In this document: positions 50,992 through 64,000 of the stretch, piece after piece
How the letters are laid out: each line of letters starts with the position of its first letter
Position numbering within the stretch: the stretch's first letter is position 1
Assembly (NCBI GenBank): GCA_964188305.1
Contig: OZ076888.1
Reading direction: 5' to 3' (one strand)
Length of the DNA stretch: 64,000 bases
From: Podarcis bocagei
Taxonomy: Eukaryota
Notes under the pieces: model-generated
What the model saw: only the letters and a program-made list of their open reading frames with translations
What the model was told of the DNA's origin: nothing
The model's database searches: none
Position numbers and translations under genes: made by a program

Positions 50992-51928
50992 TGAATTTGC
51001 TTCTTGAAATGCATCTAACAGTACCAAAAGGATATTACAAAGGCCTTGGAGCAAATGCTGGCAATGCCAGCTGCCTGGTAGGCTGCAACAATAGTGGGGT
51101 TTGCTGCATAAAATATGCAGGTGATAAGGCTGTAGAAGAAGGTAAGAAATATCCCTTTCCCATTGGCACTATTAGCTGTATCACACAGAGGCTGTAGTCA
51201 TGCTGTTCAGTCTCCACACTATTGGGGTAAATATCTACCCAAGTCTCTGTTAGGACAAGGCAATTGCATTGAAAACTCCATCAGCTAGACTCTCTTCTGA
51301 ACTGATCAATAAGAGTGTTCTGCTTACGTACAGAGATAACAGCTTTTAACAGGGATGACAAAGTTGTCACAACCTGGTCAGTATGGAACAGCAAGAAACT
51401 AGCTAGGCTGAAGTCAAAACCCCTGACATTCCATTCATCTACATTCATTTTCTCTCCCACCTTCACACTTACTTTCTGTTTACTCTCCAAGAGAGATGTG
51501 GCCTTAAGATCTTAGCTGGCCCAGGCCTCTTATAGGCCCAGGCCCTTGCAGACTTCAGACCCATACATTCTGCTTCCACAGATTACAGAAAAAGAGAGGA
51601 CTCATGAACTTGTATTAATTTGTGGCTACTGGTGGGGGGGGGAGGAGAATAGAGGGAAGGCAGAATACCTTTCTTTCCCTTCCATTTCTGTAATTATGGG
51701 AACTGTTGTCAAGCCTTTTGCTTGGTAATGAAACAAAAGCACTGAACTAGTGGGTAGTTTTAAAATCCATGTTGAATTTGTACTATTTTCACTGGCTTTA
51801 AAAGGCATTTAAAAAAATCAATAATTTTCCAACACACAGGTTTTCAAGCATACTGTATATTTGTTAATTCTGCTCATACAGTATATTATGTTAGGACTTA
51901 TTTTTTTCTTGCTCACAGATTCTTTTAG

Positions 51929-52174
<246 letters not shown>

Positions 52175-52443
52175 TGAATTCTGATATATTTTAGTACAGA
52201 AGCAAATAGAGAAACAAACTATTTTGTAATGTTCTGTTTCATTAGCTGAAATCAGTATTTTGTATTGAGTGGGGTAACTTGGTTTGCACAAGACAAAAAA
52301 AATTACAAGGCTGGCTTATCTTTGGAAACCAGCAGTAACAAAGTTACTATATTTTGGGTGAAGTTTGAATTAACAGTGCATGTTGGACATCTGGTTTTCT
52401 TTGATGTGTGAGGCTTTGCCACATTGATGCTGGAATTCAAGTA

Positions 52444-52612
52444 CCGTATTTTTTGCACCATAACACTCACTTTTTTCCTCCTAGAAAGTAAGGGGAAATG
52501 TCTGTGCGTGTTATGGAGGGAATGCCTATGGGTGGCATGCCTACAGATTTTCCTCCTCTAAAAGCTACGTGCGTGTTAGGGTCGGGTGCGTGTTATAGAG
52601 CGAAAAATACGG
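52444..52612. mobile_element. Mariner/pogo MITE related to family B (short form)
   Basis: TIRs ccgtattttttgcaccataac / gttatagagcgaaaaatacgg with TA flanks. Confidence 0.8.
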
Positions 52613-52888
52613 TAACTGTGAAGAGTTCACATGGAAGGGTATTTGAGACTAACACCTTCTCTGAACCCTCATAGTAGCAAATTGTGTCAAAAACCTGAGG
52701 CAACTTTAGGAACAGTGGAATGTCTTGAAGAACCTTCAGGCGTCTGATTTCAGTGTGAGAGCCCTCAGGGTTGCTGCAGTGCATGCACAGAAGCTAGGAG
52801 ATACTTGGTTCCAATTCTAAGCCATCTGTTGCTGAAAGCAATAAAATGCTTAACAGATATACTAATGCAGAACTCTGCTCTTTTTCAG

Positions 52889-52999
52889 GCAATACTTATG
52901 GACCATAACTGTCACTATAAAACCAAAATGTATACGCAGAACAACATCCAGTCACATCCAATAGGCGATAATGAAGAAGAATCAGAGAGTGATGAGTAA
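52889..52999 (+). CDS. SLC18A2: SLC18A2 last coding exon
   Basis: tttttcag|[39 protein letters not shown]. Completes the KEEKMAIL dileucine-like sorting motif and the acidic C-terminal cluster diagnostic of VMAT2. Total spliced CDS 1566 nt, in frame. Confidence 0.97.
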   Translation, partial: AILMDHNCHYKTKMYTQNNIQSHPIGDNEEESESDE

Positions 53000-54597
53000 T
53001 TTCTGAAAGCCATATCAAGTAGTTTAATGCATACAAGTGTTTCCTGTGGAACATCTCATCAAGACGTTTTAGTTGTACTGTACTTTTAATAGTAAAATAG
53101 TAAACAAGAAAAAGCCAAAGGTAGCTTTATTTATTGCCCTTGATTATGAAGCAGATTACCTACTGCCTTATAAAAGGAGAAGGGAAGCTTTTATAGGAGT
53201 TTGCTACAGTGTCAAGAATTTGTGCATTTCACATTATGCACTATATTTTTGATTAAATGAGTAGTGTACATCTAAATCCAGATCTATGCCTTTAAAATGT
53301 CCATTCATTAACACTTTGCTTATTCCACCATTTTCTCTATTTGACTGATCAGCAGCAGAGAGTGCCTGAAACTAACAATGATAAATTATCTGATTGTACA
53401 CTATATAAAGAAATGAAAATGTTGCATTTGTCAAATAGCTTTCCGTGAAACCATGAAATAGAATACATAATTCCCCTAATTTATATGCATTTCCCCATTA
53501 TTCCTAGAGGAAAAAATCATTGAAAAATAAAATATGGAAATTGTGAAGGATACATTTAATTGAACTCCTTCTTGGTTCATCTCTATCTACTATTTACAGA
53601 TAGTAGGTACTACACCAAAAATGGCTGTATATTATGCTTTCCAACACACTTGTGCAACTTAGGTGGGGAAAAAACTATCTGTATAGAAATATTGATTCAC
53701 AGTGTATTATATGATTTAAATTTTAGACAAGTGTTACTAGGTACACACCACAAATTAAATCCAATTTGTGTCAGACACTTACAGATGCATAATACTTGCA
53801 GATGGACAATCCCTCCCATATAACATAAGAGAAGACAGTTTAGACAAATATATGACACTAGAAGCAAGACTGGTCGATGTCTGAACAGTTTCACCTAGTC
53901 AATTTGAAACTTCTCAACAATTCGGATGAAATTGTTTTTTCTTTCTTTATTTTTATTTCTTAAAGCTTTATTTTGATTTTTAATTAAGAGAGTTGCAAGA
54001 CACAAATGTCTCCTGGGGGACCTGTGTGTCTGCCCAAATAATGTAAATCTAAGAGCTATCAATTAGGTAGTCAAATTTTCACTCTTGGCTGGCCCTCGGG
54101 TATGAGACTACAGAACCACAGCCTTAGAAAGTATTCCTGCTCTGGGCAGAGTAACTTGCAGCAAGAGGATTTGGAGAGACGAGGACTATGTAGATTGCTA
54201 TAAGGGAGGAATGTAATACCCCTGCCTCTTCTAATTGATAGGCAACTCAGCAGTCCATTGAGGCCTACAACAGTGTTGTCCTTCATTTGGACCTGAGCTC
54301 ATGAAAGGATGTGTGGTGTCCTTAGTTGTGAAAATAGAATTCCAACAAATGATAGACCATGTATCAGTATCAAATATTTAGTGTCATGTACTTGTCATGC
54401 TGTTTGTAAAACATGATCTCTGTGCCTTCTTTCATTTATCAACAGATGGTTTGTGTCTTAAAGCAGACACTTTGTTTACATATTTTGTAAGTGTATATAT
54501 ATTGGTCAAAATTAGAGATGCTGTAGATTAATTATTGTTGTTAATTATGCAGAAAAGTAACAACTTGGAATGTTATCATTTCTTGGAAAAAACCCAA

Positions 54598-54603
54598 AAT
54601 AAA
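54598..54603 (+). terminator. Likely SLC18A2 polyadenylation signal
   Basis: AATAAA followed ~15-25 nt later by a GT/T-rich tract (tttgatgttgttttg); implies a ~1.6 kb 3' UTR. Confidence 0.55.
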
Positions 54604-55397
54604 CGGTGGACAATTTGATGTTGTTTTGCTACAAGTGATGTACAGATTAGTAGAATGACTCCAACATTGTCTTCTAGGAAGAAAATAGGCTTATGATTTC
54701 ATCATGCTGTTGCACTCTTGCTGTAACAGCTCTTGATATGATCATACGAGAGCTTAGGGGAAGCTGTTTCAAACCACACTTGTTCCTGCATGCTGTTTCC
54801 ATATCCTTAAGTCAGCACCATTCCTGTAGCACAGGACAGTATAGTGACTGATAACAAGAGTACTCTGTTGTGTGTATTTTGCAAAGGGTGCTTCTATAGC
54901 TGTAGTTGCAACTTCTGCTGCAAAGTCACTTAAGAGTACAGGATTTGGTCAGAATGCTGCTCAGTTTTGGATATAAGCCTGTTTTATTTTGTTATATAGG
55001 GAGTGGCCAACTTCCAAGAGACTGCGATCTACTCAGAGAGTTTAAAACTTGGCAGTTCAGGTTGAGCTTTTAGGGAGGAGGAAAGCCCCATTTTTTAGGG
55101 GTTCAGGTCAAAGTTGTTGAGCTTCTTGGGGGGGGGGAGCCAGTGATCTACCAGAGACGTCCAGTGATCTACCCATTGGACATGCCTGTACACTATCAAA
55201 ATGCTTCTGAATGGTTCAAATTATAAATCAAATATCCTGTGATAACTATTCAAACATGTTTTTAAGCTTTTTCTAATGGAAACAGTACTAATGCGAATAA
55301 TACATGGTTTCAGTAGAACCTTGAATAATATACCTCACCCATCAGACTGGATTGCCCTAGCCACTGTGGAAGTGAGATCTATGTCATAATGTGTGTA

Positions 55398-55520
55398 TCT
55401 GAAGAAGTGTGTATGCACACAAAAGCTCATACCAATAACAAACTTAGTTGGTCTCTAAGGTGCTACTGGAGGGAATTTTGTTTCGACCACGGCAGACCAA
55501 CACAGCTACCTGTAACTAGA
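55398..55520 (+). mobile_element. Penelope-like element terminal fragment
   Basis: tctgaagaagtgtg...aaagctcatacc...ttagttggtctctaaggtgctactgg resembles the common reptile Penelope repeat end. Confidence 0.6.
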
Positions 55521-56677
55521 ACTATGTCATAATGATTGCATTTGTTTCAATACTTATCTGAAAATGCTGTAGTCTGCATATTGTTTTTCTATCAGACTAT
55601 TCAGAAACATCCCTTCAAGTGGCGTCGGTATAACTTGGGTCAGAGGTGATGGTTAACTTTATTATTTTAAAATGAAAATTAATACTAAATCTGAAGTACT
55701 TTATGACTGAAGCTTTAATTTCATGGTAAAATGAATTTCAAAATGTTTTTTATATACTCACAAGCATTAGACAATATGCCATAGCTGTTTCACAAAAAGA
55801 GCATCATGTGGAAATTCTCTTCTGAACACATTGCACTGCAATTTTGTACCTGTAGGCCCACATCCATATGAAGATTTGTCAGTTTTTGCATGTGAAAAAG
55901 ACATTGGTCCTGTCACTTTGATACATGTTTCTGGAAGGAGGAGAAAGGCTCTGTAGTGTGCAGCTACAAAGGGATGTGCTCTTGGACTCAGGTTAAACCC
56001 ACACAAAATGAAATATAGGCCCTAAAGCAACTTTCCAAGGTTGCATTGCCAGTTTCAGGATATGTGAGACTGAAACATTCCCCCCACAATAAATCAAAAT
56101 ACTGTGAAGTTTAGGTCTGCAATGCCAAAGTGCATTTAAGGAATTTATACTAATTTGATGTAGTAGATTTTTATCTATGCAGCTTTGCAACAGAATGGAT
56201 CCTGATAGGCAGCCTACAATACTTTCAATCCCCTGCACTTGTTGAGGCCCCCCAAATGCAGGAGAAATTTAGCATGCTACCTAGAATGTATCATTGAATC
56301 CTCTGTGCGGATGTGAAAGATGTTCCTTAGCTAACAAGTCAATGGAAAGGAACAGTGAAAGCAGTCTATACCACTAGCCCATCAAGCTCAGTAGTGTCTA
56401 CAGCGAGTAGAAGTGACTCTCAAGGGCTTTAGGCAGGTGCCTTTCCAACTCTATCTGGAGACGTCAGGGAGTAAAGATGGGGCCATCTGCAGACAAAGCA
56501 TGTTCTCTATCACTGAGTTGTTTTCCAGGGCATCACTGAAAGGATTCACTTGAAGATAAAAACTTTGGATGTCAATCCTCTACAACATGGATAAGATAAT
56601 ATTTGCAGATAAGTACTGAAAATATCCTATAAATATAACAGCTTGCAACAGAGAAACTGAGAACTTATTTTAAAAAA

Positions 56678-56683
56678 TTTATT
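56678..56683 (-). terminator. Likely PDZD8 polyadenylation signal (AATAAA on minus strand)
   Basis: tttatt on +, at the end of a ~2.1 kb TE-free AT-rich stretch after the PDZD8 stop. Confidence 0.5.
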
Positions 56684-58754
56684 AAAGCTTGTTTTCATGA
56701 TAAAATCATGTCTGACAATCATCTTGGGCAGACTTTCTATAAATATGTGCAAGTGTCAAGTAGTTACATACCACTACATCAAGATATCCTTGCTTTCAGT
56801 GGCATTTTTTATTTTCAGCTATGTACAGTAAAGCACAGAAGCAAAGAATATAATAGGAATGTATTAATACAGCTTGCCTCTCAAGATCAGTGTTTGTTAT
56901 AATTATGTTTTCCCTTGCTACCATACAATTATTTTGCCACCATTCTCACGCAACATTTAGAATATTGCACTACATTTATTATACAATCATCATAGCAGAG
57001 TATTGATACCAAACTTTTCATGCCCGTTTCATTAACTGATAAACTATAAGGTATTATTTTGAAAAAACCTAATGCCTATATTATTTTTGCAGCTGTTTTC
57101 TCAAATGAGCAAGTGTTTCAAGGCAGTACCTGGACTCAAGCGAAAAACTAATGGAGAATTATTCCAAACCACCTCAGTTGGTAAGCAACCCAGAAAATAA
57201 ATTGAGAGATAAAATTCATTAAACACAATGTTGAACTCTTTTGGAGGGGTTTATTTTTTGGAAGTATCTAGTATAAGTTATGAAGCAAATTTTTTTAAAG
57301 AGCAGAACTGTACCCTTTTTTACTAGTATGGATTGTATTCTAATTTAATATTTGGCTCAGTTATGTTTTTTTAAAAGCAAAAGGTTATTCTTAAGGCCAA
57401 AAAGATGTGAAGAGGTTGTTATCACTCCTATACAAACTGAAAAGCAGATTCAACATAATAGGATATCTGATTGCTTGTCTGTCAAAATAAGAGGCTTTAG
57501 GTGTGCTAGCTTTGCCAGTTTCTACAGGTGTTTGTATATATAGCACAAGGCCTAAAATAATGATATGGAAAACAAAGCCTTATGACACATAAATGTCAAC
57601 CCCCCCCCCCCAATATATTTCTTAGCAGACTAGCTGAGGCTTTTAAAAAAGAAATTTAAAAAAGGTCCCCAATTTCTGTTGGGCCCAGGAACCAGTAAGG
57701 AAACTCACATGCTATATTAAAAAGCTGGGTATCTAACTAGCATTTTTCTGTTCACGATGGCATTACAACCAGTGGAAGTAAATTATTTTAGCATTTCATT
57801 TACCCTTTAAACATTAACACACAAAAGTCATACATTTTGTGGAAAAATCAATGCTTAGGTAAACAGAAAAAGCTACAACTCAACTTAAAAATAGGTCTTT
57901 ATGCATTATAATATTACAGTGATATGTTCTATAAGGCTTCCACCTATTTTTACATTAACATATCTTTTGCTGGTACATTTCCAAGAAATTGCTATACAAT
58001 ATTGGTACAGCTTATGATCAGGCGAAATTGAATGTTTGTGGTCTTTAAGGAAGGAGAGAGGGGGAGATGAGCACCTACTGATAATTATTTGAGCTTTGAA
58101 CTAGACATATTTTAGAATTCTTTCCCAGCTTACAATTCTGCTAAACCCATAAAGGAAAAAGGTATTCAAGTGTCAATTAAGCTTCAAAAATCTGTGACTG
58201 AAAAAAATTATGGAAAGTAAGCATCATGATATGTAGTAACACCTTTACTAAATAACTGAAAATAAAGCCTGTGTTGGCTATGATGCATGATTGGCAAAAA
58301 AAAACAGAACACCCCTGCTCTGAAATAAATCAAAGAGCCAAATAATGAGACACAATCAAAATCTTCAGAACCTGGTCCCCATGGCTGTAAATTTCAGCAT
58401 GCAGTTAAAAATCAAAACATTAAACTTAATAATGGAACGGAACAAAAAATAAAACAACTGTATTAGCATGAAACTTTAGAAAAAGTTCAAATAAATTAAT
58501 CTTCCAGTATAAACTTCCAAAATGTTCTTTAAACACAAATTGGACCAGCTATGTCAACAAAAAACAAGAAAGGGGAACTGTACTTTTAAGAAAACTCTAA
58601 CTATACTCTTACAGAGATTTAAAAAAACACCTGTGGAAAAGCAGCTTGTATACATTTTACCAGTGTTTAATTACATTTTAATGTATCTGGTGTGGTTTTG
58701 ATTAAGTGCAAAGTATTTTCCCAGTTTATCATTCTCAAGGCCAAATGTGCAACA

Positions 58755-61045
58755 TCAATCTACTAAGTCATCAGATCTTTCAAGCTCTCCTTCTTTTAGT
58801 AGTTGTTCGAGTACTGGCTCCATTACTAGCGCACTTTCAACTTCATTATCCATTTCTTCGTCTTCATATTTATCCTCTTTTCTGGATTCCAGGTCTAAAG
58901 CTTCTATATCTTCAATGCCTGCTCTGTAGTGAATCATAAGGAGTGTTAGGGCTTGCAGTCGTTCACCTGATTTAGCCAATGCAGTAGACAATAGCATTTT
59001 TTTCCTTGTATCTGTTGTTTCTTTCTTTTCTCTTATTAAAGAATTGTTATTTTCCAGTTCCTGGTCTATTTCATACTGTAGTTTTTCCAACATAACCTCT
59101 AATTTTAGGATTCTTTCTTCTGTAGGTAAACCTCTATAAAGGTCTCGACCAATTTCTTTAACAGCAATGTAGACACTATCATCTAATCCACCTTCTTTTC
59201 TTGCTAACTTTATCCCTGTACTTGCTTGCTTGGAAGGGCTACTTGGACCACCAGTTTCTGTGTCGCTACCTTCATTATCGGAACCATGTGGTGTGTGCTT
59301 TGGCGAAGGTTCTACTACATCAGCCCCTGGCTCACTAACACGAACTTTAGGAACTTGACGAAGATTTAACAACCGGGAGCTAGTGTTGATGATATGTCTT
59401 GTTAAACCTGTTGTTCTGTTTGCAGTTTTCAATTCTGTATCGGCACGAGATGCTGGTACGCTTAGAGAATCAGGGCTATCAAATTTAAAAGTGCGAAGGT
59501 CTCGTTCAAGCCGTCTTGTGGCTCCTAAACAAAATGGGCTTTCCGTTAGACATTTTTCTTGACATTTTTTGTGACAAACGTATGCACAAACAACACACTG
59601 CGATGCTGCTTTAGTCCAAACTTTTTTTTTGCAGTAATCACACCAAGTTGGATTCTGAAACTGGGTGTCCTGAAAATTATGCTTGTTTTCAGTGTAAATA
59701 ATCTGTCCAAAATAAGGATCCTCTTTGGGAAGAATGGGAGCAGATTCATCTTCTGAAATATTTTCTTTTTCTTTTTCCAGGAGAAAACTGGAGTCTTCTG
59801 GTTCACCCTCTTTTAAATATTTAAAATGTATAGTAATATCACCGTAACAAAAATTTTCATTGAAACCTTTGTGAGAAATCAAATTACGCAATGCAGTTCT
59901 AGTTACTGAAGCTTTAGGTGCAGGAGGATTTAATCTAAATTGTCTAATGAATTCCATGGAGGATGTAGCTATACAATCTAAAGCTATTTCTTCAAGTTTT
60001 ATGCTTTCATATCCTAAACAGAGAAGCCCACCTAATTTGAAAGGATCCCTACACCAAACAGCAACATTTAGGTACTTGTGCTCTTTTTCTACTTCAAATA
60101 TGTAGGAAGAGGTCTTTGTCCTTGTCCATTTACCTAATCGTTTGCGATAAGGAATTTCTGGTGTTTCCCATGAATTATGGTTTTCTGTAGCTGATCTAGA
60201 ACTTTGTGAAGATTCTGAAGGTTCTTTTACTGTTTCTAATTTGTTTGTAACTGCTTTGTTTGTAACTGCTTTGGGACTCTGTAATGATTCTGAAGCGTCC
60301 TTCATTAATTCTAGTTTGTTTGCAGCTGGTTTGTTTGTAACTGCTTTAACATTCAGTGTGGAATCGGAAGGCTCCTTAACTGCTTCTGGTTTATTTACAA
60401 CTAATTTGGATCCTGTAGGTTCTTCTTCTATATCAGTATTTTTTGTTAGCTTTACTGAATTTTTATCTCCATTACTTGCAGGAAGTGGCTGCTTCTCTGG
60501 TTTCTCAGCAGATAAGTCACCAGTTTCTAGTGTATTTTGAACTTCATTAGGAAGTGGTGTGGTTTTAAACTGTGGCCTGGGTGGGACAGGAGGTTTACTT
60601 GTCTGTTTGTTTGTTTGGTGGGTTGCATCTATATTTTCAGAACTTTTTTGTACCACTTGTTTGGCTGCCTCTCTGAAAAGTGCCTTTCCAGTTGCCTGAG
60701 GACTTCCAAAATGTCCCTTGCGGCTTGGTAGCGGTGATACAGTTCCAGGTGGTTTTGCTGTAGATGACACTGTGGTATGCTTGGGACTGGTTGAAGAATC
60801 ATCTCCGGGTTCATATGACTTTAATTCATTTGCCAAATCCTCAAATTGTAAATCTAGTTCTTTGTTTTCTAGATCTACTGATGTCTCCTCATCTGGAAAC
60901 ACTGAGTTTACAAATGGTGCAAGACTATCTTGCGGTACTGAATTCTGTTGGTTATAGCCAACAGGCCTCTCATAATGTACGATGACTCTGTCACCAGCCT
61001 GTCTGATGAGCTTTAGCACTTGTATTGTTGATGTAATTTTCACTC
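58755..61045 (-). CDS. PDZD8: PDZD8 last coding exon (end of PDZ, linker, C2 C-half, C1 zinc finger, coiled coil)
   Basis: Minus-strand acceptor tttttgacag|GA at 61046/61045 (phase 1). Encodes GVKITSTIQVLKLIRQAGDRV (PDZ end), YLNVAVWCRDPFKLG, the C1 domain HNFQDTQFQNPTWCDYCKKKVWTKAASQC...CHKKC, KEGGLDDSV and LAKSGERLQALTLLMIHYRAGIED. Stop TGA at 58757-58755. Confidence 0.97.
60211..60405 (-). repeat. Coding tandem repeat in PDZD8, 75-bp period (about 2.6 units) with nested 15-bp repeat
   Basis: tctgaag/tctgaag/tcggaag anchors at 60214, 60289 and 60364; ttgtttgtaactgct twice in tandem at 60241-60270. Confidence 0.85.
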
Positions 61046-63311
61046 CTGTCAAAAAAGAGAAAAAAATCCAAGAATCAATAGTAATGAAAAAATATATATA
61101 TAGCTGACTTTATAAAACATTCATGCCCTGTTTCAATGAGGACAATGGTCATACCAAACACCAGATTCTGCTGACTGGGAACTGTGTGCACAGAAAGGGC
61201 CCAACACATGGAGATCTTGGCAGCACTTTGAGCGGAATATCTTGTTTCCATGATGAACAAGACATTCAGATTTGACAGCATACATGTGAAATGGAACTCT
61301 GGCCCCTCCTAGTGGTAGGGTGATAGGCACCTGAATTCAGCTCCTTATTGATCCTAAAGGGAACTGGTACCATCAAACATGGCAGTGTGAAACATTTGGT
61401 TCAGTAGCTAACCATGTAAACCATTCCTGATTCAAGGAAGAAGACACAAGCTATTAACACAAACCAGAGCCATGGAGAATATTTTCACTATTGTCACTCC
61501 AACTGGTGATGAAGAAATAAATATGAACTTACAAAGATAGAAGTAAGTTGCTAATATACCAGAATACCACATATAGAAAAATGTTCAGGAATCTGTTTTG
61601 TGAACTCCGAATTACTGGATACTGTTGCACAAGAACCCAAAATACTTCCTCACTTTCGGAATGGCTGGTGCCTAATCATGTGATATGGGCCAAATTATTT
61701 ATATATTTTTCAGGTCTCTAGGTAATAATTTATCAATAATTATTGTTGCATCAGTCCATAGTGCCTGCAAAAACCATGATCCATGTTTAGGTGCAGCTGG
61801 AATCTACACACAGGCAATAGCCAGGGAAGTGAAACTGCGAAGCAACAGCTGCTGGGAAAAAACACCCTGTAGTTCTGCCAGGTAAGAAACATTGTGATAC
61901 CATCTAGAAGATTTTAACAAAAGGTGGTTTCAGATGAACCCCATTCACATTTAAAATATTGAAGAGGGTGATGTGCTATACCTCTAATGTACCTTCCAAC
62001 CTTCTAGAATGGTGCTGGGGGGCTGCAGTAAAAGCTGCCTTCCCCGCCCCCCTGCCACATGAGTGAAGTCTAGGTTCAAGGTCACCCTTTGCCAAATGCA
62101 CATTGGAATCTGCATTTTCCACACATACTCTAGCAGCTGCATCACACTGGTACACTACATACCAGGAACAGTGTCAGTGCCTTTTGGTTTTGATCTGCAG
62201 GCACTGGGGTAGGTAAATTTATCTTTCCAACATAGCAATTCCACGAGTCCATCAAGGAGGGATTGGGACTGAAATTAGTGGACCCTCAGATTCCAAAGTT
62301 CTATTGGGAGGGAAGTGGCAGGGCAGAAGAAAGGAAGGGAGCAGCGCCCCCCCCCCATCCTTCCTTTTGGTTCCTCCACCTTTTTATGATCCCTCCCCTA
62401 CTGTTTTTGAATGGTGGGGGGCAGGCAAGAAATGTCATGTCCAGGACTAGCATAGTTTGTTCCATACTTCAGTTGTGAGCTAGAGAATGGGAGGGCTTCC
62501 TCTGGCACATTTTCCTTGCCCCCCTTATGTCTCTACTGACCAGGGGTGCCACTTGAATAAAATATTGGGAGGGCCCAGGTAAGTTCCACCCCACATAATC
62601 AATCACATGATGCAGTGCACGCACACCATTTGAATGGCAAAGCCCCCTCGGCCCCTCTAGGAGCTGGCTCCTATACTACTGACATCTGCAATGCAAGGGT
62701 GCTGTAGTTTCATAATGGTTAGGAGATAGCTCACAAGATCAACATCACTCACCCAAAAGTGGGCCTCTCTCTTTTTCTCTACCCTGGAAAGAGATTCTCT
62801 AAATATCCTCTAGTATCCCATCTCAGGGATCATAGGATTGAAGTGTAAATAAACTTTAAAAAAAAATTGTATTCATGAAAAAGAAAAACACAATTGCATG
62901 TAAACAAAGAAATGTCTAATGAGTGGAGACACCATGTCTGTCTTTGAGTAGGAACAATTTAAATGTGTTTATATTGATCTTCAGATGCTTTCAGTGCAAT
63001 TATGGAAGTCAGGTGTTAAGGAAGCTTTAAATCTACAGTAATGCATTACAGCAAGTACTTTCAGAGCAAGTGCAACCTAACTGTTAACAGCAAGAGGCAC
63101 AAAAACATAGTTTTGGATTAGAACAAACTGTAGGTGTAACCTAGAACCACAGAACTGAAAAAGATTTTACTGTGTCTGTTTTTCCAAGGGTAGGTAAAAC
63201 TAACATCTTAGGGCTGACAGGACTGGAACCTCATACACAGGCAGGCTTGGAACTGGGAGGAGGTTTTACGATGTCAAAACAAAACAAAAACCTGAGGGAA
63301 AGAAAGCCAAC

Positions 63312-63538
63312 AAGAGTTTGTATTTGATATCCTGCTTTATCACTACCCTAAGGAGTCTCAAAGCGGCTAACAATCTCCTTTTCCCTTCCTCCCCCACAAC
63401 AAACACTCTGTGGAGTGAGTGAGGTTGAGAGAGAGAAGAGTGACTAGCCCAAGGTCACCCAGCAGTTGCATGTGGGACGCGAACCCGGTTCACCAGATTA
63501 CGAGTCCACCGCTCTTAACCACTACAGCACACTGGCTC
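63312..63538 (-). mobile_element. Squam3-like SINE in PDZD8 intron
   Basis: High similarity to 12584-12820 (gatatcc.gctttatcactacc...gcgaacccggtt...cactggctc). Confidence 0.85.
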
Positions 63539-64000
63539 TAGGAGGGTGAAGCAGCAGGACAAAGTATGGATTGAAATGAGCCCAAAGAAAATGTAGAGAG
63601 AGAGTAGGGCTTAAGGAAAAGGACAGTTACAACTGGAAAAGAAAGCAAGAAGAGGTTATAAATAAACCTCAGGTCACTTAAGTACGGGACAGGAGTGAAG
63701 AACAACAAGAACAACAACAACAACAACATGCTACGTGTGGAAGAAGGTACTAGTACAGTATTAGGGAAGCTGGTCCAGAGAGGATAGCTAAAGATGGATC
63801 TGACATACAGTTTTATCCAAGTTGTTTTACTACTTACCTCCAATAGCTATAAGCCTATCCCCTCTCTGAAGATCAGCAGCTGCTGCAGCTGAGTTCGGTG
63901 TGATAGTTTCAATGAGAACATGCCCTGTTTCACCTTCCTTAACTTGTATTTGGCGCAGAGTGAGTCCAACACTTGGTGAATTTCCTTTTATTAGTTCTGC

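Overview
Eukaryotic (vertebrate) genomic DNA from a squamate reptile, most likely a lacertid lizard, judged from Sauria-type and Squam3-type SINEs and lizard-type Tc1/mariner MITEs. It carries the conserved KCNK18 - SLC18A2 - PDZD8 block. Contents: (1) the last coding exon of KCNK18/TRESK (+, 2504-3315). (2) A ~27 kb gene-free interval with TEs, microsatellites and several TE-free, enhancer-like blocks. (3) The complete SLC18A2/VMAT2 gene (+): CpG-rich promoter with a perfect CRE, a probable non-coding exon 1, and 15 coding exons from 32964 to 52999. I spliced these by hand at GT-AG sites into a 1566-nt open CDS (521 aa). (4) The large last exon of PDZD8 (-, 61045-58755), convergent with SLC18A2. 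I found no evidence for a wholly new biological system; most short ORFs in the track are noise or TE/microsatellite artefacts. The most interesting observations are lineage-level changes in known genes: a 75-bp (25-aa) tandem repeat inside the PDZD8 coding exon; a TRESK regulatory loop that keeps the 14-3-3 site and an LxVP-like motif but lacks the mammalian serine cluster and a canonical PxIxIT; VMAT2 substitutions at ligand-pocket positions (human Y433->F, L228->M); and a near-perfect 34-bp hairpin inside a MITE. Comparisons with mammalian proteins and repeat families come from my recollection of those sequences, not from an alignment or database search.
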